DNA of 63,150 nt from an uncultured Candidatus Actinomarina sp. (GCA_902628045.1 CACOLU010000005.1:1-63150); one strand, 5' to 3'; shown: positions 38,133 to 46,739, counted from the first letter of the stretch. Notes: generated by a model not told the origin, from the letters alone. Numbers and translations: made by a program.

Positions 38133-38209
38133 CGCGGGGTGGAGCAGTCTGGTAGCTCGCTGGGCTCATAACCCAGAGGTCGTAGGTTCAAATCCTACCC
38201 CCGCTACCA
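38133..38209 (+). tRNA. tRNA-fMet (CAT), initiator
   Basis: CGCGGGG acceptor with C1:U72 mismatch; anticodon arm CTGGG-CTCATAA-CCCAG with three G-C pairs; GGTTCAAATCC T arm; encoded CCA. Confidence 0.97.
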
Positions 38210-38211
38210 AT

Positions 38212-38349
38212 TTATCTTATAAACAAATCTATTATTCGTTTTCTACCTGTAGAAGCAGCCAATAACTTTAACGCAAATAATCCGGAAGCACCAAGATAAG
38301 CCAAGCTCCCTAAAACAAGAAAAATTCTCCAAAATAATATTGCATCCAT
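38212..38349 (-). CDS. Small single-TM protein (45 aa), not in ORF track
   Basis: MDAILFWRIFLVLGSLAYLGASGLFALKLLAASTGRKRIIDLFIR. Perfect TATAAT 6 nt before the ATG; fills the gap exactly. Confidence 0.6.
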   Translation of the reverse strand: MDAILFWRIFLVLGSLAYLGASGLFALKLLAASTGRKRIIDLFIR

Positions 38350-38380
38350 ATTTAAATTATAAACAACTTATAGGCAATGG

Positions 38381-38875
38381 CTATTTAGTTAATTCAAATA
38401 TTTCATTTGCTGTAATCTCTCCATTAAGAGTATGCAAGATTAAAAGGTTGCTATCTAATATTAAGGTAGTTGGTATTCCAGTCCAATTGAACTGCGATAA
38501 AACAATATCGGACTCTTCCTCTTTTAATATATTTTTATAAGGAATTTTATTAGTTTTAATAAATTCTCTACCATTTGATGCTGAGTCATCAACAAGAACA
38601 CCAATGACAGTAATATTTGATTCTTCAGAAATTTTTAATAATTCCTCGACTTCATTTTGACAAGGAATACACCAACTAGCCCAAAGATTGAGAATAATAT
38701 AATCTGTTTTGATTTGATCAAAACTTATAGAATTCAACTGTTTTAGTGACCCAACTTCAATTCCATTATTTATATCTGAAATAGTATTAGTTTGTTCATC
38801 AGGAGTTGAGGCATTTAACACGGCAATACCAATAAGCCCGGTTAAAAGTATGAGTAGTAAATTTCTTTTAATCAT
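38381..38875 (-). CDS. TlpA/ResA-family thiol-disulfide oxidoreductase, exported
   Basis: Signal/TM helix, NLWASWCIPC, GIPTTLILD. Confidence 0.92.
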   Translation of the reverse strand: MIKRNLLLILLTGLIGIAVLNASTPDEQTNTISDINNGIEVGSLKQLNSISFDQIKTDYIILNLWASWCIPCQNEVEELLKISEESNITVIGVLVDDSASNGREFIKTNKIPYKNILKEEESDIVLSQFNWTGIPTTLILDSNLLILHTLNGEITANEIFELTK

Positions 38876-38914
38876 AATGTAATGTTATTACCTAATATAA
38901 ATACAATACTAAAC

Positions 38915-39940
38915 ATGGACATTCAAGATATATATTATCCCGGATTTAATAAAAGCCTTGAAGAGCTAAATGCTATCACTAAGTTAAAGAAAAAATCTTG
39001 CGAGATACTTGATTTCACTGAGATTGAATGGGTAAGAGATGTATTACGTCAAAGGATTAACGAAAATCATAATCTAGAAGTTAATTTTAAAACTCCATCT
39101 GAGAAACAATTTGAAGAAGTCTCAGCACTTGTTGGTGCAAACATCGATATGGAAGATTTAAAAAACAACTTTCATAAAAATAAAAGAATTATAGGGATTA
39201 CATCTGGAAAAGGAGGTGTTGGCAAATCTACTGTAACATCTTTGCTTGGTATTGCATTTGATGAAATTGGCAAAAAAGTTGGAATACTTGATTCTGATAT
39301 TTGGGGCTACTCTGTTCCAAAGATTTTAGGTGCTAAATTTCCTCCAATTCCATTTAATGAAAGAATCTTTCCATCAAAAATTAATAATTTAAGTGTGATA
39401 TCAATGGAATATTTTGTAAAACAAGATGAGGCTGTTATATGGAGAGGGCCAATGCTACATAAAGCTATTGAGCAATTCCTATTTGAAGTGTTGTGGCAAG
39501 ATGTAGATATATTACTTATAGACATGCCACCTGGTACTGGTGATGTTTCAATTTCTTTATCTCAATTCTTAAAATATTATGAAAATATTGTTGTAACAAC
39601 TCCTCAAACAAATGCAACCATTGTTGCAGAGCGTTCAGGAATTATGTCTAAAAAAGTTAATGCAAGCATTATTGGAGTTATTGAAAATATGTCATATATG
39701 GAAGTAGATGGCAATAAACTTTATCCATTTGGTAAGGATGGAGGAAAAGATCTATCTAAAAAACTTGATGTACCAATACTTGGAGAGTTACCTTTATTAG
39801 AAGATATAACAGTTGCTTCTGAAGGCAGTGATTTATTTGCTTTTAAAAATAATCCACACTTTCAGGGTGTTATTGACATTGCTAATGAAATTTTGAAATT
39901 TCAACCTAAAAAGAAACCGATTGATCTAAAGATTAATTAA
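38915..39940 (+). CDS. mrp: Mrp/ApbC-family P-loop NTPase
   Basis: SGKGGVGKST, DSDIWGYS, WRGPML, DMPPGTGD, VTTPQ, ENMSY. Start taken at ATG 38915 (TACAAT-7 nt). Confidence 0.93.
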   Translation: MDIQDIYYPGFNKSLEELNAITKLKKKSCEILDFTEIEWVRDVLRQRINENHNLEVNFKTPSEKQFEEVSALVGANIDMEDLKNNFHKNKRIIGITSGKGGVGKSTVTSLLGIAFDEIGKKVGILDSDIWGYSVPKILGAKFPPIPFNERIFPSKINNLSVISMEYFVKQDEAVIWRGPMLHKAIEQFLFEVLWQDVDILLIDMPPGTGDVSISLSQFLKYYENIVVTTPQTNATIVAERSGIMSKKVNASIIGVIENMSYMEVDGNKLYPFGKDGGKDLSKKLDVPILGELPLLEDITVASEGSDLFAFKNNPHFQGVIDIANEILKFQPKKKPIDLKIN

Positions 39941-40690
39941 GTAAGTTACTAGCGAAATCAAACCCAATAAAAAGCAATAAATTGAAAATACATTTAATTT
40001 AGAACTAACTGTAAAACTAATAAGAACCCTGATTGCAATTAGTCCCGAAAGAAATGCAGCAATGCAAGGAATCCATAGAGAATTGTTAATAGGTTCTGTA
40101 GCCTGTATAAAAGTTAGAAACCAAGCTCCAAAAATTGTAGGGAGTCCAAGAAGTAGTGAAAAGAATATTGCTTCAGTTTTTTTTAGTTTCAAATATAAAG
40201 CTGTACTTAGAGTGATCCCTGACCTTGATACCCCAGGAAATAATGCAATGGCTTGGGCAAATCCTATTGTTAAAGATTCTTTTAACGAAAGATCTAATAT
40301 ACTTTTATCCCCCTCTTCTAGCTTGTCAGCAAAATACAACACACTCGCAATAAATACATAAGCTACTGCCGTTATTAATAAAATTGCGCTGCTTTCATCA
40401 ATTAAATTACTTATTGGCAAAAATAATCCAAAACCTACAGCCGGCATTACTCCTATAAATATAAGCTTAAAAATTTGAATCAATGAGTTACGGTTTTTTA
40501 AGATTAAGAGAATGTCTTTGAAATAATATATTAAAATTGAAAAAAATGTTCCTAAGTGTAAAAATGCTATTTCATAAGTATTAAAGCTGTTGTCTTTGAA
40601 CAACTCTGACAGAATAACTAGATGTCCACTTGATGAAATTGGTAAAAATTCAGTGATTCCTTGTATTATCCCAAATAAAATATCAATCAT
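39926..40690 (-). CDS. uppP: Undecaprenyl-diphosphate phosphatase
   Basis: GIIQGITEFLPISSSGHL, HLGT, QAIALFPGVSRSGIT. Confidence 0.96.
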   Translation of the reverse strand: MIDILFGIIQGITEFLPISSSGHLVILSELFKDNSFNTYEIAFLHLGTFFSILIYYFKDILLILKNRNSLIQIFKLIFIGVMPAVGFGLFLPISNLIDESSAILLITAVAYVFIASVLYFADKLEEGDKSILDLSLKESLTIGFAQAIALFPGVSRSGITLSTALYLKLKKTEAIFFSLLLGLPTIFGAWFLTFIQATEPINNSLWIPCIAAFLSGLIAIRVLISFTVSSKLNVFSIYCFLLGLISLVTYLINL

Positions 40691-40692
40691 AA

Positions 40693-40848
40693 TTAATTAA
40701 TTGTTGAAAAATGCCATCCTTGACATGATGTACATAAGTATATTCTAAATTTTTTACTGTATTCTTTTTCTATAAACAATCTTTCTTTTCTTGCTTCAAT
40801 TTCAGAGTTAAACCTTCTTTTGTTTGAGCATTCAGATATATTGTTCAT
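40693..40848 (-). CDS. Small Cys3-His zinc-finger-like protein (51 aa), not in ORF track
   Basis: MNNISECSNKRRFNSEIEARKERLFIEKEYSKKFRIYLCTSCQGWHFSTIN: C-x2-K-x-R-F ... Y-x-C-x2-C-x-GWH pattern. Stop is 2 nt before the uppP ATG. Confidence 0.7.
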   Translation of the reverse strand: MNNISECSNKRRFNSEIEARKERLFIEKEYSKKFRIYLCTSCQGWHFSTIN

Positions 40849-40925
40849 ACATTTATAAGATTAAATTTGTAAATTGTATAAACGAGCTATATCTTATTTA
40901 TTTTTAATGAATTAGACTCAAATAA

Positions 40926-41534
40926 ATGAATTTTTTAGTAGTAGTCCTGAGTTACTTGCTTGGTTCAATAAATTTTGCCTATATTACAGCTCGAATTAAA
41001 GGTATTGACATTTCTTCTGAGGGAAGTGGTAATCCAGGCACATCAAATGTGCTAAGGACATTAGGAAAAGGATCTGCAGCAATTGTATTGTTTGGAGATT
41101 TATTAAAAGGAGCTATTCCTATTATATATTTTTATCAAGATCGATATTTTTTAATTTATGGACTAGCTGCTGTTATAGGCCATATTTATCCTGTATTTTA
41201 TAAATTTAAAGGTGGGAAAGGGGTTGCTACGTACCTTGGTGTTTATATTACAACAGTGTTCGTAAATCCTCATAATTCTGATTTATTCAATGCAGAGATA
41301 TTTCAAATACTTAATATACCTGCGCTTGCATTTTTCTATTTTGTTATATTTAAAACAACTCGTGTGTCAGCGATTGCTAGTTTGACAACAGTTTTAATAA
41401 CTGTGTCATTATTAATTTATGCAAATAATGAAATATCAAATGTCGTAATTCTTTCTGTTATATTTGTTTTAATTTTGTTAAAACATTCTGAAAATATCAA
41501 AAGACTTAGAGAAGGCAAAGAAAATAAATTTTAA
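40926..41534 (+). CDS. plsY: Glycerol-3-phosphate acyltransferase PlsY
   Basis: YLLGSI, GSGNPGTSN, DLLKG, GHIYPV..KFKGGKGVAT, KHSENIKRL. Confidence 0.96.
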   Translation: MNFLVVVLSYLLGSINFAYITARIKGIDISSEGSGNPGTSNVLRTLGKGSAAIVLFGDLLKGAIPIIYFYQDRYFLIYGLAAVIGHIYPVFYKFKGGKGVATYLGVYITTVFVNPHNSDLFNAEIFQILNIPALAFFYFVIFKTTRVSAIASLTTVLITVSLLIYANNEISNVVILSVIFVLILLKHSENIKRLREGKENKF

Positions 41535-41592
41535 AAAGAGAAAATTTTTTTAAAACTAGTTATTATTAAGACAACAACAGTAAGGGCAGGGC

Positions 41593-41955
41593 ATGAGTTC
41601 TACACTAGTTTTAATAGCATTAATGATATCGCTTTCAATAGCTGTCGTTTTCCCTGAGTTACAATATTCAAAAATAAATAAGTCTATTTCAAATGAGTAT
41701 CAATTTATGGTGGACAAACAAAGAAGAGGATTTATTATTTTAGGATTAGTAGCTATGTCAAGTTTCTTTATAGCTCTTCAAACACTCTCAGTTACAATTT
41801 TTGTATTCCATCTAATTATTGATTTAGTTTTTGGTGTTTATGCATATACTGCATTTCAAGTACGATCATCTTCTCTTCAAAGAAACAGTTTTACTTTTGT
41901 AGATGATTTATCTGCAGATGATGATAACGTTGAATATTTCAAACAAGCAGTTTAA
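41593..41955 (+). CDS. Small 3-TM protein, possibly a reduced SepX/GlpR-like divisome protein
   Basis: TM1 ending in VFP, QRRG before TM2, TM3 ending YAYTAFQVR, acidic tail. Resemblance judged by eye only. Confidence 0.45.
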   Translation: MSSTLVLIALMISLSIAVVFPELQYSKINKSISNEYQFMVDKQRRGFIILGLVAMSSFFIALQTLSVTIFVFHLIIDLVFGVYAYTAFQVRSSSLQRNSFTFVDDLSADDDNVEYFKQAV

Positions 41956-42585
41956 TTGTCAAGATTTGATGCTAATTTAGAAAATTTATCAGCAGCTTTT
42001 GATAAATTAAATGATATTCGTGAACAGTCTTTAACTATTTCAAGAGAAATAGTTCGTGAGTGTTCTAAAAGTATCAGAAACGTTCATAGAAATGATGTAT
42101 CTGGTGCTGAGAATCACATAAAAAGTGCTCAAAAAAAATTAACAGATTTAAAAAGCATTTGTAGTGAGATTTCTGAAATCAGTTATGCAGGTTATGTTCT
42201 AGACGCCGAAAGAGAGTTTGTAGAGGCGGTTATGTTTTATAATTTTGAAGTGAAAGGAACAATTCAGCCATTTTCCGAATTTAATTTGCATCCTTCCAGT
42301 TACATACAAGGAATAGGCGATACTATTGGTGAGTGGAGAAGAAAAGCACTCGACCATTTAAGAAATCTTGATATTAAAAAAGCTGAGTCATATTTGGAAA
42401 TTATGGAAGAAGGTATGGGAATATTAAATGAGCTTGATTATCCAGATGCACTTACTGGAGGACTTCGAAGGTATGCGGATAATGCAAGATCAATTATTGA
42501 AAGAACTAGATCTGATATAACAAATGCTTTTATCAATGAGGCATTAAGAAAAGACATATCTAATATAAATAAAAGTGAATTATAA
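41956..42585 (+). CDS. Translin/TRAX (C3PO)-family RNase homolog
   Basis: All-helical; REQSLTISREIVREC, AEREFVEA (ExxE), YIQGIGDTIGEWRR (DxxGE), GLRRYADNARSIIERT. TTG start directly after the upstream stop. Confidence 0.88.
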   Translation: MSRFDANLENLSAAFDKLNDIREQSLTISREIVRECSKSIRNVHRNDVSGAENHIKSAQKKLTDLKSICSEISEISYAGYVLDAEREFVEAVMFYNFEVKGTIQPFSEFNLHPSSYIQGIGDTIGEWRRKALDHLRNLDIKKAESYLEIMEEGMGILNELDYPDALTGGLRRYADNARSIIERTRSDITNAFINEALRKDISNINKSEL

Positions 42586-43075
42586 ATATATAACTGGTCA
42601 AGTTCTAGAAATTGCTCCGACCTCTGGCTGGACTGATGGAACATTGCTTCAAGACATCTATCCTGACTCTTCTTTTGTAAGTGGCAATAATCCAGATAGC
42701 ATGCAAATGAAACCAGAAATTAAAAATCGTAAAGTTTATGCAAAGTATTCATTTGCAAAAAGATTTGAAGGAGGCCCTGGTCTTGTTCATGGTGGTATTT
42801 TGTCAGCAGCTTTGGATGATATGATGGGCTACTCAACTGTTATTCATAATATATTTTCTGTAACTGCAAATTTATCTGTTAACTTTCTGAAACCGACTCC
42901 AGTTGAAAAAGATTTTGAATTGTATGCTTGGGTTAAAGAAGTTGATGATAAAAAAGTTTATACGGAAGCTGTTATTCAATTGGGTGATGAAATTCATGTC
43001 GAAGCTCATGGCATGTTCATTGATTTAGGACTAGATGCGGCAGAGTTCTTTGCCCCAGATAAAAATTATCCTTAA
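42575..43075 (+). CDS. PaaI-family hotdog thioesterase
   Basis: SGNNPDS, FEGGPGLVHGGILSAALDDMMG, TANLSVNFLKPTP. Confidence 0.9.
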   Translation: MNYKYITGQVLEIAPTSGWTDGTLLQDIYPDSSFVSGNNPDSMQMKPEIKNRKVYAKYSFAKRFEGGPGLVHGGILSAALDDMMGYSTVIHNIFSVTANLSVNFLKPTPVEKDFELYAWVKEVDDKKVYTEAVIQLGDEIHVEAHGMFIDLGLDAAEFFAPDKNYP

Positions 43076-43076
43076 A

Positions 43077-44909
43077 CTAAATTTTTGACATTAAAAAGTG
43101 GCTCATAGATTGAATACTTATCATAGGATTGACTCCTGAGCATCTTGGAAAAGTTGAAGCATCAACTATGTAAACATTTTCTAAGCCATGTACTTTACCA
43201 TTTAAATCTATAACCCCATGTTCAGGGTTTGGATTAATTCTCGCAGTACCCATTTGATGTGCTGAGCCTAAAAGTAATCTATAAGGTTGATTTTTAATTG
43301 CTAAAACCTTACTTAAAAACTCCTCTATATCTCCATTTTCATTTCTCTTCCAATGCATGGTTGGGGAAGCTGAAACCATAATTTCCTCAGCCCCCGCAAG
43401 ATAATAAGACTTTACAAGTTGAGTAAGCCCATCAAGAAGGTGATTATTATCAAATTCATTTAATTTATACTTCCAGAGTGGACCATTATTAATTAAAGAA
43501 CCACTACTTGTATCAGATGTCAGAACAATTGCACCAGACCAGTAATTGTAACTTTCAATAAAATCTTCAGCTGAGGAAACAAAATTTGGAAAATATGGAA
43601 AAAAGATACTTGGATGCATCGGCAATCCTTGTAATAAGTATCCATAATTGTTGGTTTTGAATAAGAAATCCTCAGAATGCATACCCTGCATACTTCCATA
43701 CCAAGGCTGTTGCTGTTCATTAAATTTTGCAGCAACTCCTGAAACTGGGTGTGTTTTTAAGTTCTTTCCAAGTTGTGGGTTTTTGTATCCACTATTTAAC
43801 AAGATTCTAGGAGTGTTCAGCGATCCACCTGCAAGAATAACTCTTTCAACTTCGATTCTTGAAGCTGTACCATTATTTTCAACTTCAATGTGAGTTGCTT
43901 TGTCATTGTTTATAATAATTTTTTGAATGCCAGTATCACTGTAAATATTTCCATTGAAATTTCCATTCTCCAACCAGATTTTATAAGATGAATTTCTACT
44001 TTCATACCCACATCCAAAGGCACAAAAACCACACTCCATGCCATGAGTACTACGATTATTTTTTGGAATGACTCGATAGCTAATATTGTTTTTTTCAAAT
44101 CCCTCTGCTAACTTTTCCTCTTTCAATGGGATATGATTATATTCAGTAGTTACCCCAAGATTATCAACTACATGCTTGATACTCTCTTTAAATACATCAG
44201 AATTAAAATAATCTTGTTGTTTAGTCAGTTGATCCCATTCATTCAACACTTCTGTTGGGGTCTCAAGAGATGTCTGCCAATTGATGCTTGTACCACCACC
44301 TATACTTTTTCCTGTAAGAAGTTGAATTCCAAATCCTCTAGTAGCACTAAGTCCATAATGTTCAAAAAAGTTGTGATACCCAAAAGTTTCATTGTTTGTG
44401 TCTTTATTTAGATAACTTGCTTTGTCAAACACTGCAACATCATATTTTTTGGATAAAGTATGTGCTGCTATACCTCCACCAGCTCCACTACCAATGACTG
44501 CGACTTGGACTTTTTTTGGGAGTGAATGAGATATCTTGTCTACGGATCCATTTTTGTGTTTTGGATAATTTAGTTTATTATAAATTACTCCCTCTCCATC
44601 AAGAGATCTCGAAATACAGTGTCCCATTAAAACAAACATATAGACACCAAGTTTTCGTAAAATTAAAAAATTTGATCTCTGAAGATAAGAAAAGAAGTCT
44701 TTAACTTTCTGATCTTTTATAAAAAGCTTTCTGAGCCCAAACGAAAAAACATACATAAAAAGCTTGAGTTGATAAATATTATTTTTATCCGGGAATTTCT
44801 TCAATGTGAATAAAAAGTAATCCAAAGCTTTTTTGCAATCATCTTCATCAAGGTTGGGATAAAAGTTTTTAAAAATTGATTTAAAGCTTTTAGATACTCT
44901 TTTATTCAT
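43077..44909 (-). CDS. GMC-family FAD oxidoreductase, long-chain alcohol oxidase-like
   Basis: VIGSGAGGG, IGGGTSINW, CGFCAFGC, AGGSLNTP..L, GKNLKTHP, SAHQMGTAR, DASTFPRCSGVNPMISI; helical N-terminal extension. Confidence 0.88.
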   Translation of the reverse strand: MNKRVSKSFKSIFKNFYPNLDEDDCKKALDYFLFTLKKFPDKNNIYQLKLFMYVFSFGLRKLFIKDQKVKDFFSYLQRSNFLILRKLGVYMFVLMGHCISRSLDGEGVIYNKLNYPKHKNGSVDKISHSLPKKVQVAVIGSGAGGGIAAHTLSKKYDVAVFDKASYLNKDTNNETFGYHNFFEHYGLSATRGFGIQLLTGKSIGGGTSINWQTSLETPTEVLNEWDQLTKQQDYFNSDVFKESIKHVVDNLGVTTEYNHIPLKEEKLAEGFEKNNISYRVIPKNNRSTHGMECGFCAFGCGYESRNSSYKIWLENGNFNGNIYSDTGIQKIIINNDKATHIEVENNGTASRIEVERVILAGGSLNTPRILLNSGYKNPQLGKNLKTHPVSGVAAKFNEQQQPWYGSMQGMHSEDFLFKTNNYGYLLQGLPMHPSIFFPYFPNFVSSAEDFIESYNYWSGAIVLTSDTSSGSLINNGPLWKYKLNEFDNNHLLDGLTQLVKSYYLAGAEEIMVSASPTMHWKRNENGDIEEFLSKVLAIKNQPYRLLLGSAHQMGTARINPNPEHGVIDLNGKVHGLENVYIVDASTFPRCSGVNPMISIQSMSHFLMSKI

Positions 44910-44967
44910 AAAATAATTTTACTCTCTCAATTTTGGATATGACCTGTAATTTGTACAGTTATAATTT

Positions 44968-45393
44968 ATGTGGAAATCTAAAAATAAAGCAAAAAAAATA
45001 TTCTTTGTTTTCTTTGGTTTAATTAGTTTTTCTTTAGGTGCAATTGGAATAATTATTCCAGGGCTTCCAACGACACCCTTTATGATTTTATCTTCGATAT
45101 TATTTCTAAATTCCTCAGATAAGCTCTATTCGTGGCTAATTACACATGAAAAATTTGGCAAGTATGTGCTCGATTTTAAAAAAGGGAAAGGCATAACTTT
45201 CAAAACTAAATTATATGCCCAAACAATGATGCTCTTGACTATGTCGTTATCATTAATACCTATTTCACCAGCTTTTATCGATAATGTAGTTGTGCGAATT
45301 ATATTAGCTATCTCTGCTGTATTTAGTTTTTGGTTAGTTGGATTCAAAATACCTACTAATAAATCCTTAAAAAATGAATCTATTAAAAAATAA
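44968..45393 (+). CDS. YbaN (DUF454) family membrane protein
   Basis: LGAIGIIIPGLPTTPFMILS, S.KLYSWL..H..FG.Y, GI..KTK. Confidence 0.9.
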   Translation: MWKSKNKAKKIFFVFFGLISFSLGAIGIIIPGLPTTPFMILSSILFLNSSDKLYSWLITHEKFGKYVLDFKKGKGITFKTKLYAQTMMLLTMSLSLIPISPAFIDNVVVRIILAISAVFSFWLVGFKIPTNKSLKNESIKK

Positions 45394-46273
45394 AAAACTT
45401 TTAATAACTGTAGTTTTTTTTGTAGTTTTATATTTTTTATTATCATTTATTGTTGCGTTTACTGCTTTTAGCATCGGAGATGAAACTTATGAATTTTCAC
45501 CAAGTGATTTAAATATTCCTTATGAAGCGATACAAATAAAATCATATAATTCCTTTATTTCTACCTGGTGGATACCTTCTGACTCAGATGTAACAATTAT
45601 TATGCTTCACGGTTTAAGAAGTCAAAAAGCTGACCCAGAGATGCTTGAAAAAATTAAACTTTTTAACGATCAGGGTTTTTCTATAATTGCAATTGATTTC
45701 AGGAATCATGGGTTTTCAGGTAAAGGAAACTTTACTTTTGGTATCGAAGAAGTTGATGATGTTTATACAACTATTAACTATTTTTATGAAAATGAAGGAT
45801 TGAAAAGTTTTGGTATTTGGGGCTTTAGCTATGGTGCAACAACTGCTTTATTTTCTGGATTTCAGTTTTATGAGAATACTTCGAATGTTGAACTGATTGG
45901 AATTTTTGCTGAAAGTCCTTATTTAGATTTATTAGAAGTTTTTACTGATCAAGTTTCCTACAGAACCCCATTAAACAAAACTATGGCAAATCTGTTAAAA
46001 CCTGGAACAATTTTCTTAACTAATTTAATTTATGATTTCGACTTTAACTCAATTAATAAAACTTTTGAATCGAATAAAGAAATAGCTTTTCCAACAGTAG
46101 TATTGTCATGTTCAAATGATGAAATAGTTCCTAAATTACAATCACAAAGGATTGTTCAAATACTTGGTTCAAATGCAGTTTACGAAGAATTTGCTGAGTG
46201 CAGCAATCACGGCAATACTTTTGAGAGTAATTCATCAAGATACATCCAAATTTTAAAAAATTTATTTAATTAG
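45374..46273 (+). CDS. Membrane-anchored alpha/beta hydrolase
   Basis: N-terminal TM, IMLHG, IDFRNHGFS, GFSYGA, AESPY, DEIVP, late His (SNHG). Confidence 0.88.
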   Translation: MNLLKNKKLLITVVFFVVLYFLLSFIVAFTAFSIGDETYEFSPSDLNIPYEAIQIKSYNSFISTWWIPSDSDVTIIMLHGLRSQKADPEMLEKIKLFNDQGFSIIAIDFRNHGFSGKGNFTFGIEEVDDVYTTINYFYENEGLKSFGIWGFSYGATTALFSGFQFYENTSNVELIGIFAESPYLDLLEVFTDQVSYRTPLNKTMANLLKPGTIFLTNLIYDFDFNSINKTFESNKEIAFPTVVLSCSNDEIVPKLQSQRIVQILGSNAVYEEFAECSNHGNTFESNSSRYIQILKNLFN

Positions 46274-46331
46274 ATTTTTTGTTAGTTATGGCAGTCATTA
46301 AAAGCTTTTTTTAAATTCGATTCAAAAAATT

Positions 46332-46739
46332 CTATTCATCAATAATTACTACAGGTTCGATTGGAGCCAATGCTAATTGTTGATATAAATTTTCCTGATA
46401 ATTTAAACTTTTCCAGTTTTCTTCATATATATTTCCCATGTCACAAAAGTAAAAAAGAGAACTCAGGTAATTTTCTACATTCATTTGAGATCCACCCAAG
46501 TATCTAAATTTGTAATATTCGTACTCAACAAAGAATGACATAGGAATACCATCATTTTCATAGTATTCTCTTTCTTCTTCAAGAAGTTCACATTGAGAGT
46601 CAAGATCTCTAGTACTTTCCTCAAAACTACTAATTTCATCAAATAGAAGCTGAGCATTAAGTGATAATTCTTCTTCGTATGGGTTAGTACTACAAAAAAT
46701 AAGTAACAAAAATACTAAAGAAACAAGTTTTAATTTCAC
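46332..46739 (-). CDS. Hypothetical exported acidic protein, possible lipoprotein
   Basis: GTG start giving MKLKLVSLVFLLLIFCST (signal-like), then an acidic helical body. No family recognised. Confidence 0.55.
   Translation of the reverse strand: MKLKLVSLVFLLLIFCSTNPYEEELSLNAQLLFDEISSFEESTRDLDSQCELLEEEREYYENDGIPMSFFVEYEYYKFRYLGGSQMNVENYLSSLFYFCDMGNIYEENWKSLNYQENLYQQLALAPIEPVVIIDE

Noticed and set aside
38133-38400. tRNA-fMet or the tRNA cluster at 55889-56467 as integration sites for an island or prophage
   Set aside because: No integrase, att duplication or compositional shift seen in the flanks.
24421-38875. Additional selenoproteins among redox genes (peroxiredoxin 24421-24876, TlpA 38381-38875) and a selC tRNA
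   Set aside because: Both use ordinary Cys codons, and none of the seven tRNAs has a TCA anticodon.
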